From the NCBI GenBank assembly GCA_965202985.1, contig CBDBCF010000001.1:1344001-1408000 (forward strand): a stretch of 64,000 nucleotides of DNA, in the 5' to 3' direction. Made by a program: the position numbers and the translations under genes. The notes under the pieces are model-generated. The model was not told where the DNA came from. It was given only the letters and a program-made list of their open reading frames with translations, and made no database searches. Below are positions 56,552 to 64,000 of this stretch, one piece after another (the stretch's first letter is position 1; every line of letters starts with the position of its first letter). Source of the DNA: Longimicrobiales bacterium. Its GTDB lineage: Bacteria > Gemmatimonadota > Gemmatimonadetes > Longimicrobiales > Gaopeijiaceae.

Positions 56552-57808
56552 TCACCGAACCTCCGTGTCCACCCCCTCTTCGCCCTCCGAACGCGCGATG
56601 ATCGCCGCGCCGCAGGAGTCGCTGTAGACGTTGACGGCGGTGCGGCACATGTCCAGCGGGCGGTCGATCGCCAGCATCATTCCCACGATGGCGACGGCGT
56701 TCGCGTTGTCGCCCAGGCCGATCACGTCCAGCACGATGAAGATGATCACCAATCCGGCGGAGGGCACGGCGGCGGCGCCGATCGACGCCAGCAATGCGGT
56801 CGCGACGACCAGGAACTGCTGCGTCACCGTGATCTCGATCCCCAGCACCTGCGCGATGAACAGCGCGCCGATGCACTCGAAGACCGCGGTGCCGTCCATG
56901 TTCACGGTGGCGCCCATCGGCAGAACGAACGACGACACCTTGTTCGACACGCCCACCCGCTTGCGGACCGCGTTGATCGTCACGGGAAGCGTGGCCGCGG
57001 ACGAACTGGTGGAGAACGCCGTGAGCAGCGCGTTTCGCATGTTGCGGAGGTGCAGCCAGGGATTGATTCTGCCCACGAACATGAGCAGGAGCGGCAACGT
57101 CACCAGGAAGTGAATGGCCAAGCCGGAGCCCAGCGTGCCCACGTACTTGAGCAAGGGCGCGAACGCCTCGAAGCCCGTGTTGCCGACCATGCGCGTGATC
57201 AGCGCGAACACGCCGATGGGAAGGAACTTGATGATCCCGGAGGTCAGGTTCATCATCACCTTGAAGAACGACTCGAAGATGTCGGTGACCTGCGCGCGCG
57301 GCTTGTCGGGGAGGGTCGTGATGGCGGCGCCGAAGACGATGCAGAAGAAGATGATCGCCAGCATGTCGCCGGAGGCCATCGCGTCGATGAAGTTGCGCGG
57401 GACCACGTTGAGCAGCAGGTCGATGCCGGTCGGCGTGGCCAGCTCTGGCAGCTCTTGCGAGGCGGCGGTGCTCAGGTCGGCGCCCCTGCCGGGACTCCAG
57501 AGGTTGAACATGAGGACGCCCACGCACGCCGCCAGCAGGCTGGACGTCACGTAGTAGCCCAGCGTCTTGCTGAACAGGCGCCCGATCGCCCGCCCCCCGC
57601 CCACGGACGCCACCCCGGAGACGATCGACGTCAGGACCAGCGGAACGATGATCATCCGCAGCAGCCGCATGAAGAGGTCGCCCAGCCAGCCCAGCGCGCT
57701 TGCGGCGCCTTCGCCGCCCGCCAAGCCGACCCCGACGCCGGCGAGCATGGCTGCGGCCACCTGCCAGTGAAGCCGTCGGTACCAGGGGAGGTCGGGGTTG
57801 TATTCCAT
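56552..57808 (-). CDS. Dicarboxylate/amino acid:cation symporter (DAACS, GltP-like)
   Basis: LFMRLLRMIIVPLV, AFSTSSSAATLP, GATVNMDGTA, SIGAAAVP, DRPLDMCRTAVNV. Confidence 0.95.
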   Translation of the reverse strand: MEYNPDLPWYRRLHWQVAAAMLAGVGVGLAGGEGAASALGWLGDLFMRLLRMIIVPLVLTSIVSGVASVGGGRAIGRLFSKTLGYYVTSSLLAACVGVLMFNLWSPGRGADLSTAASQELPELATPTGIDLLLNVVPRNFIDAMASGDMLAIIFFCIVFGAAITTLPDKPRAQVTDIFESFFKVMMNLTSGIIKFLPIGVFALITRMVGNTGFEAFAPLLKYVGTLGSGLAIHFLVTLPLLLMFVGRINPWLHLRNMRNALLTAFSTSSSAATLPVTINAVRKRVGVSNKVSSFVLPMGATVNMDGTAVFECIGALFIAQVLGIEITVTQQFLVVATALLASIGAAAVPSAGLVIIFIVLDVIGLGDNANAVAIVGMMLAIDRPLDMCRTAVNVYSDSCGAAIIARSEGEEGVDTEVR

Positions 57809-58042
57809 GGGGCTCTCCGAGGGGGAGTGGGGGACGCTTGGGGACGTGCCACATTATGGGAACGAGCCCGCCGGGCCGCAACCGAACGAGGACCCCGCGG
57901 GAGGACTGGCCGCACGGGCGAGACTTGAACCCGTTTCGTCGGGCCGACGCCCGTGGGCGGGACCGGCCGCCCTGGGACCTTGCGGAAGAGCGCACGGGTG
58001 TGGTATTGGACGTGTCGCGGATCAACCCCATTGGAGTCGTGA

Positions 58043-59635
58043 ATGAACGTGAACTCGACCAGAAATCGCCGTCGCCGTCTCTCCGCCCGGGCGGCTTCCC
58101 GCTCGGCCGCCGTCGCGCTGTGGTGCTTGGCGGCACTCGCCTGCGCCGAGCCGCCCGACCGCGCCCGCCTTCGCATCGCCGTCGCCAAGTACCAGCACGA
58201 GACGTGCACCTTCTGCCCCGGCGGGGACACCCGCGTGGAGGACTGGCTTCGGCAGAGCGAGCCCCTGGCCGGCGAGGCGCTGCTGTCGTCCGGCGCCTAC
58301 GTGCGCGGCTTCGCCCAGCGCGCCCGCGAGTTCGGCGACATGGAGCTGGTGCCCCTCTCGTCGCCCGACGGCGTCTTCGGCGGCTCGTCCCGAAGCTGGA
58401 ACACGCGGGAGACCTTCGACCACTTCCTGGACGCCATGCTCGCGGAGCTGGAGGACCAGCTGCCCGTGGACGCCGTCTACCTTTCCCTGCACGGCGCAAT
58501 GGCCGTACGGGACGTGCCCCGCCCCGAGGCCGAGATCGCCCGACGCTTCCGGGAGCTGGTCGGCCCCGGCGTCCCCATCGCCGCCACCTTCGACCTCCAC
58601 GGCAACGAGGACGGCGAGTTCCTCCGCCACGCCGACTTCGCCTTCGTCACCAAGCGCTACCCCCACTACGACGCCTACATCCAGGGCGAGCGCGCCGCCC
58701 GAGCCCTTCGCCTGGCCGCCCGCGGCGAGTACGTCTCCACGACCGCCACCCGCAAGCCCGGAGTCGTCACCGCCACCGTGCTCCAATGGACGGGCCGCTC
58801 CCCGTCGATGGACATCATGGAGCGGGCCCGGCGCTGGGAGGCCCGGGAAGCGGACGCCTACGTGAACGTCTTCTACGGCTACCCGTGGTCCGACGTGCCC
58901 GACGTAGGTGCCACCGTCCACGTCATGACCAACGACGACCAAGCCCTGGCCGACCGCATCGCCGACGACATGGACGACTTCATCTGGCGCGTGCGCGAGG
59001 AGTTCGCGGTCGGCAGCTACCCAGGCCCTTCGGAGGCGGCGCGGCTGGTGGCCAGGGCCGTGGCCACAGGCGAAGTTCCCGTGGCCGTCGGCGACCACAG
59101 CGACCGCCCCGGCGACGCCACCCATGTCCTGACGGCGTTCCAACAGGCCGGGCTGGGCAAGGTCCTGTACGGAACGATCACCTCCCCCGCCGCGCTCGAG
59201 GCTCTGTCGGCTTCCGGCGCCCGCCCCGGCGACTCGTTCGACATGGAGATCGGCGGCTTCACTCCCTCCGGCGGCGCACCCTACCGCGTGGAGGGCGTGC
59301 TGGAGCACCTGGGCGCGGGCTTCGGCCACGACACCGTGGCGGCCGTGTCGTTCGGCGACGGCAACCTGGTCTTCCTGACCCCGACCTACACCCAGGTCCT
59401 CTACCCCGACGCCTTCCGCCTGGCCGAGATCGACCCCGCCGACTACGACGTCTTCGTGGTCAAGTCCCGAGTCCACTTCCGCCGAGGCTTCGACGAGACC
59501 GGCTTCGCGCCCACGATCGTGATCGTGGAGGCCCCCGAGCCGTTCGTCGGGACCACCTTCCTGAACGCGCTGCCGTACGAGAACGTGGACCTGGACACGC
59601 TCTACCCCTACGGGACGCCGGAGGCGCGACGGTGA
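58043..59635 (+). CDS. M81 family metallopeptidase (MlrC-like), lipoprotein
   Basis: LAC lipobox; QHETCTF, YLSLHGAM, TFDLHGN, YPHYD, DRPGD, VVKSRVHFRRGF. Confidence 0.88.
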   Translation: MNVNSTRNRRRRLSARAASRSAAVALWCLAALACAEPPDRARLRIAVAKYQHETCTFCPGGDTRVEDWLRQSEPLAGEALLSSGAYVRGFAQRAREFGDMELVPLSSPDGVFGGSSRSWNTRETFDHFLDAMLAELEDQLPVDAVYLSLHGAMAVRDVPRPEAEIARRFRELVGPGVPIAATFDLHGNEDGEFLRHADFAFVTKRYPHYDAYIQGERAARALRLAARGEYVSTTATRKPGVVTATVLQWTGRSPSMDIMERARRWEAREADAYVNVFYGYPWSDVPDVGATVHVMTNDDQALADRIADDMDDFIWRVREEFAVGSYPGPSEAARLVARAVATGEVPVAVGDHSDRPGDATHVLTAFQQAGLGKVLYGTITSPAALEALSASGARPGDSFDMEIGGFTPSGGAPYRVEGVLEHLGAGFGHDTVAAVSFGDGNLVFLTPTYTQVLYPDAFRLAEIDPADYDVFVVKSRVHFRRGFDETGFAPTIVIVEAPEPFVGTTFLNALPYENVDLDTLYPYGTPEARR

Positions 59636-59680
59636 GGGCGGCAAGAGGCTGTCGATGAACCAGCCAGGGCGGCTAGGACG

Positions 59681-61234
59681 ATGATGCGCCGTATTGGGAG
59701 CTGGCTGAAGGCGTTTGGGCGCTGGATTCTAGCCGCGTTTTCCCGTATCTTTGGCGCCGCCGCCGGCTTGCTCGGCACCTCCTCCAAGTCTTCTCGCCGA
59801 CAGGAAACGATGAACCCCCAACTGGACACGATGCCCCTTGCAGAACGGTTTCGCTTGGTGGAGCGAGGCCGTGCGCGGGGCAAGAACAACGCGCCCGCCC
59901 CGAATCAGCCGGGGTTGGATCTGGTCGAAACTGAAGTGGTCGAGCATTGCAACCGGTTGATGAGCCAGAAGAAGGACGCGTACCGTAGAACAGCTCGCCT
60001 GACCGAGCAACGATCTGTCCCCGCGGCGGGTACAGCCACGAGTGCGGACGCGGCGGTTGAAGAGGCGTGCGGCCGCATGAGGGCAAGAGTGGAAGAGGAG
60101 CGCCCCGCGTTGAAAAGCCTTCACAGGTCTGCGCAGAAGGCTGTCGACGACATGCGGGACTTCAAGAACGTGCACCGCCTGACTCGGGACGCCCACGTGC
60201 CTCAAAACCTTACTTCCTCGTGGATGCTACTTGCGGTGTTGCTTGTGGTCGAGACGCTGATAAACGGGCTGTTCTTCGGCGCGAACTTGGCAACAGGGCT
60301 GTTCGGCGGCGTCACTTACGCCGCACTGATCAGCGCCATCAACGTAGTCGTGTTCGGCTTGCTCGCCGCGACCGCCATTCGGCAGCTCTATCATCGCGAC
60401 CAGTCCCGAAATATGGTAGGATACTTGCTCCTGTTGCTCGTGGGCACAGGAGCCATTGGATGGAACCTTGCCGTGGCACACTACCGGGAGGCACTACCGC
60501 CCGACTATCCGCCCGCGATGGAAGCGATAGAGGACACAACCGATGTCGAAGTCGGAATCGCCGAGTGCCGACGGGGGCCCACCGAAGCCGACGCCGACGG
60601 AGAAGCAGTTTGTCTGTTGGTGAACCAATGGTTCTCGCTCGACGGCTTTCAATCCTATATGCTCATGTTAATCGGTCTCGTGATGTTTGGTGTTGCGACG
60701 TGGAAGTGGTTGCGCATGAGCGATCTGTATCCTGGCTTCGGTCAACTGGAAAGGCGGCGACAGGAGACGGAAAAGAACCTTCTCGACGAGCGACAGGAAC
60801 TAATGGAGCGGTTGGCGGACGACGTAGAGGACGCAGTGAAGCAGCAACATGCCATCTTTGTTGATCCGGTAGGTAGTTGGAAAAGGGCCATGAAGGCCCA
60901 TGAGGACCTGAAGCAGGCCCACGAGGACCTTCGCGACTTCGCAAGAGAACTAGAAGAAGAATGCCGTAGCGCCATCGAAACATATCGGTCCGCCAATCGA
61001 GAGGCTCCCCGCGGAGATCCAGAGCCCGCTCACTGGTCGAAGCCATGGAAGGCGAGCTGGGAGTTGCCGGAAAGGCCTGCCCCGGATCGGGGCGACATCG
61101 GCGACCGTCGTCAAGCAGAGGCCGAGAGCCGGGCAGCGCAGGAACAACGAGACGAGCGTTTGGCCACCCTGAGGTCGTGCGCTGACGAATGCAAGGCCCA
61201 AATGGAACAGATCACCAGGATCAGCGATGAGTAG
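59681..61234 (+). CDS. Multi-pass membrane protein with flanking coiled coils (hypothetical)
   Basis: 517-aa ORF with about 4 hydrophobic helices (e.g. WMLLAVLLVVETLINGLFFG) between long helical charged regions. Overlaps the next gene. Confidence 0.7.
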   Translation: MMRRIGSWLKAFGRWILAAFSRIFGAAAGLLGTSSKSSRRQETMNPQLDTMPLAERFRLVERGRARGKNNAPAPNQPGLDLVETEVVEHCNRLMSQKKDAYRRTARLTEQRSVPAAGTATSADAAVEEACGRMRARVEEERPALKSLHRSAQKAVDDMRDFKNVHRLTRDAHVPQNLTSSWMLLAVLLVVETLINGLFFGANLATGLFGGVTYAALISAINVVVFGLLAATAIRQLYHRDQSRNMVGYLLLLLVGTGAIGWNLAVAHYREALPPDYPPAMEAIEDTTDVEVGIAECRRGPTEADADGEAVCLLVNQWFSLDGFQSYMLMLIGLVMFGVATWKWLRMSDLYPGFGQLERRRQETEKNLLDERQELMERLADDVEDAVKQQHAIFVDPVGSWKRAMKAHEDLKQAHEDLRDFARELEEECRSAIETYRSANREAPRGDPEPAHWSKPWKASWELPERPAPDRGDIGDRRQAEAESRAAQEQRDERLATLRSCADECKAQMEQITRISDE

Positions 61235-62048
61235 GAAGTCCAGGAGGGAAGCCGAGAAGAAGAAGACGCGGCGAGCTTGGGGGGTGATTGTACCCTGCGT
61301 CCTGCTACTATTTGGCTTCATCGTCTTTGGCCAGCTGAACCAGCCCCAAACCGGTGCTGATCATTGTCCCTTGGACGGCCAGTTCCCCTTCCAAGTGGCG
61401 GTGCTCGTGGACCCGTCGGATGCACTCACCGCAGTTCAGCAGCGATCGGCTCTCCCTCGGCTTATCGAAGCCCTGGATCAAGTGTCCGAACGAGCCGAGA
61501 TTCGCGTCTATTCGGTTGCGCGGATCGGACGAGGTGGCAATGCGGGGGCTGACCTGCGACTGTGCGTGCCACGCCACCCCGAGAGTATTGGCTGGCTCGA
61601 AGGCCTGTGGAAAAACCGCCGGATCGCCGCAAGGAACTACGACCAGGACTTTATCGAGCCGCTGCGTTCGCGGTTGGGTGAACTTCTTGCTGCACCGAGC
61701 GACTCCGTGTCGCCGATCCTGGAAGCCATACAGGCCGCTTCCGTCGACGCCTTTCCACCAGGAAGCCCAGCGGTTCCGCGAGAGCTGATCGTCGTGTCCG
61801 ATATGGCTCAGCACTCCAGGGACCTGTCGTTCTTCCGGGAGGCTCCAGATTTTGGCGCATTCGGTGGCAGCGCTATCTACAGGACGCTCCGTGTCGATCT
61901 CATCGGCGTCAAGCCGACGGTTCTTCTGCTTGCTCGCCGTGGAACGTCAGGACATCTGCAAGCTGGACGTCTGCAGCGGTTTTGGGACGACTACTTCATC
62001 GATTCGGGTACCGATGGCCCGCCCCGTTGGGTCCCCGTCGAGGGATGA
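61227..62048 (+). CDS. Membrane-anchored VWA-like domain protein
   Basis: Basic N-terminus plus one TM; VAVLVDPSD (MIDAS-like DxS), SPILEAI, LIVVSDM; Cys pair. Confidence 0.6.
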   Translation: MSRKSRREAEKKKTRRAWGVIVPCVLLLFGFIVFGQLNQPQTGADHCPLDGQFPFQVAVLVDPSDALTAVQQRSALPRLIEALDQVSERAEIRVYSVARIGRGGNAGADLRLCVPRHPESIGWLEGLWKNRRIAARNYDQDFIEPLRSRLGELLAAPSDSVSPILEAIQAASVDAFPPGSPAVPRELIVVSDMAQHSRDLSFFREAPDFGAFGGSAIYRTLRVDLIGVKPTVLLLARRGTSGHLQAGRLQRFWDDYFIDSGTDGPPRWVPVEG

Positions 62049-62070
62049 CCCGGCTTCCTGGCGAGACGAC

Positions 62071-63522
62071 ATGACATTGTTCCATAGCCAACCTACGCCA
62101 AGCCGCCGACAGGCTCTCCAAGTCGAGCGCCAGCGGAAAGATCATCAAAGGACCTGGATATTCACATTGGGCGTCGGTCTTCTGCTCGTCTTCGCCGGCA
62201 GTTGGCTCGGATTCGATCGATGGTTGGGAGGATGGTTCCTCGCGCTTATCCTGTCCTTGCTCATGGCGATGTACTTCATCACGGCGAGCACCACGGAGTA
62301 CGTCTCGGCAGACACACGGGGCGACGCGTTCTATTATCTGGGCCTGCTCTTCACTTTCGGGTCTCTTGTATCTGCTCTGTACGGTTTTTCTAGGTCCGAC
62401 GTTGGCGACATGAGAGAGATGATTGCTCCTTTTGGCATCGCGTTGCTCACCACGATTGTGGGCCTCTTTGGGCGAGTCTGGTTCTCTGTGTGGCAGGAAG
62501 CTCCTGGTGATGCCGTTGCCGACGCCACTCGGGCACTGGACGAAGAGATCAGAGACATGAAGGAGATCGTCAGGCTGGGCAGTGTCGGCATGGCAGACCT
62601 CGTAGACAAGGTTGGCGAGTCCGCCCAGGCAATCGAAGCAACCGCGGGGCGCATTGCATCCGCTGCGAAAAGGGCTGTCAGCACGGCCAGCGATCTCGAC
62701 GAATACTCTGGCCACGTGGCTAAGCTTGCCCAGTCCTTCACGCACGGGGCGACCAAATTTGAGTGTGCGGTCGCCGGGGTCTCCGACGTCGTCTCAGCTC
62801 TAAAGAAGCCTCTGGAAGAGACGAAGGGACGCCTGGACGCCCTGTGTGCCGATTTTGCTGTGCTCGGCAAAGCCGTCAAGCAGGCGCAAGGGTCGGTGCT
62901 GCAGTTGGATCGTGCAGGTCGCGACAGCGAACAGGAAATCGCGGGCATTGCGTCGCGTGCCGAAGGCGTAAAGAGCGAGATGGAGAAGATGCAGGTGCAA
63001 CTTGCCAAGACAGCGGAGTTTGTCGTTGGTGCCCAACGCGCCGCTTCGACGATCGACGAACACACCGCCAGGATAACCCGTTCCGTTGGCGACTTGGCGG
63101 GAGAAGTCGGTAGGTTGCAAGAGGCTGCTGTCGTGGCCGCAGATGCCATGTCGGGAGTGGGAAGCGCAGCGTCGGAATTTGGAATGGCGAAGTCTCAGGC
63201 AGCCTCTTTGGGCGAAAGCCTGTCGGGGTTGTCGAACGCAGCGGTCCAAGGACGAGAAGTTGTAGCAGGGCACGTTGAGGGCCTGAGAGAAAATTTGGAC
63301 GCCGTGGGTGCCGAAGCTGCGGCGACGCTTGGCCACGCAAGCGGTCGTGCGGATTCCGTGACCAAGGACCTCGATAGTCTGCGGGATCAGCTGACGGAGA
63401 CCCAGAAGCAGCTATCGCAGATCACTCGCGACAGTGTCGTGGTCGCCAAAGAACTGCGCCGACGCACCCAAGGTTGGAAATGGCGGCGCTTCTTGTTCTG
63501 GCGACGCGATTCGACACGCTAG
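62071..63522 (+). CDS. MotA/TolQ/ExbB-like (ZorA-like) channel subunit with a long coiled-coil tail
   Basis: TM helices with GDAFYYLGLLFTFGSL and FGIALLTTIVGL (ExbB/MotA-type G-x3-T and ALxTT motifs), then more than 300 aa of MCP-like Ala/Ser-rich heptads. Confidence 0.65.
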   Translation: MTLFHSQPTPSRRQALQVERQRKDHQRTWIFTLGVGLLLVFAGSWLGFDRWLGGWFLALILSLLMAMYFITASTTEYVSADTRGDAFYYLGLLFTFGSLVSALYGFSRSDVGDMREMIAPFGIALLTTIVGLFGRVWFSVWQEAPGDAVADATRALDEEIRDMKEIVRLGSVGMADLVDKVGESAQAIEATAGRIASAAKRAVSTASDLDEYSGHVAKLAQSFTHGATKFECAVAGVSDVVSALKKPLEETKGRLDALCADFAVLGKAVKQAQGSVLQLDRAGRDSEQEIAGIASRAEGVKSEMEKMQVQLAKTAEFVVGAQRAASTIDEHTARITRSVGDLAGEVGRLQEAAVVAADAMSGVGSAASEFGMAKSQAASLGESLSGLSNAAVQGREVVAGHVEGLRENLDAVGAEAAATLGHASGRADSVTKDLDSLRDQLTETQKQLSQITRDSVVVAKELRRRTQGWKWRRFLFWRRDSTR

Positions 63523-63543
63523 CGTAGACCGAGGTCGGTAGCA

Positions 63544-64000
63544 ATGTTGCCCGCCGAGAAGACGCACTACCGCAAAGGCCTGACGCTCGGGCTGACGCTG
63601 GCGGAGACGTTTAGCGTGGTGGTCTTTGTCCTGCTCTTAGCGTTTGCACTGGTGCTGCGCACCGAGAACGACTCTCGCGTTGAGGCTGAAGAGCAACTTG
63701 GCGAGGCCGAGACGCAGTTGGCGCGCCGCAACCAGATGCTGAACCCCGGCGACACATTGGGTGGCAGTTGGTACCGTTACGCCCAACAGTTGAATGACTC
63801 GCTGGAGGACACACGAGACCGCGCGGGGGTGGCGGAGGCCGAGCTTGCCCAGGCACGTTCCCTGCTGGAAGCGAGGTTGGGACAGCAAGAAGTCGACTCG
63901 CTTCTGGAGCGGTCCAGGGAGCTGGAGACCGCTCGCGATTCCGTGGAGCGGGTCAAGAATTTGTTGGAAACTCTGGAAACCGAACGGGACTCGCTGATCA
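63544..64000 (+). CDS. MotB/ZorB-like single-pass protein, truncated by window end
   Basis: Absent from the ORF track. GAGGT RBS; manual translation MLPAEKTHYRKGLTLGLTLAETFSVVVFVLLLAFALVLR... followed by coiled coil, open to the end. TLAE resembles the MotB T-x-A-D motif. Confidence 0.6.
   Translation, partial: MLPAEKTHYRKGLTLGLTLAETFSVVVFVLLLAFALVLRTENDSRVEAEEQLGEAETQLARRNQMLNPGDTLGGSWYRYAQQLNDSLEDTRDRAGVAEAELAQARSLLEARLGQQEVDSLLERSRELETARDSVERVKNLLETLETERDSLI

Noticed and set aside
58043..59635. Microcystin-degradation (mlr) cluster
   Set aside because: Only an MlrC-like peptidase is present; no mlrA, mlrB or mlrD adjacent.
62071..63522. Methyl-accepting chemotaxis protein or flagellar MotA
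   Set aside because: Lacks the MCP signalling hairpin consensus, and no che or flagellar genes are nearby; the long tail fits a ZorA-like architecture better.

Overview
High-GC bacterial chromosome segment. The gene repertoire (VPS10/BNR proteins, penicillin acylase, amidohydrolase-3, M16/M81/S15 peptidases, six-bladed propeller) suggests a Gemmatimonadota-like, possibly host-associated organism; this is an inference only. Most of the window is ordinary metabolic, transport and repair genes: an HD phosphohydrolase, a UvrC-like nuclease, mutY, ETF-QO, an mmsA/aminotransferase/SSS operon, EamA and DAACS transporters. Three lower-GC accessory blocks interrupt it. (1) About 34.4-44.7 kb: two co-oriented, translationally coupled three-gene modules, ParB/Srx-like + PD-(D/E)xK-like + minimal SNF2 helicase, and ParB/Srx-like + radical SAM + GHKL/MORC-like ATPase, separated by a decayed IS21. 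This is the best candidate for an undescribed radical-SAM-dependent DNA-modification/defence system. (2) 54.3-56.5 kb: ABC-type ATPase + PIN + orphan nucleotidyltransferase. (3) 59.7 kb to the window end: multi-TM coiled-coil protein + membrane-anchored VWA-like protein + MotA/ZorA-like + MotB/ZorB-like genes, a possible Zorya-like ion-driven membrane system. Also notable: a GPP34/GOLPH3-cytochrome P450 fusion next to a sulfotransferase, a beta-lactamase-VanX fusion, and a HicB-MNT/HEPN toxin-antitoxin pair. No rRNA, tRNA or CRISPR array was seen. All family calls come from motifs read by eye; no database search was run.
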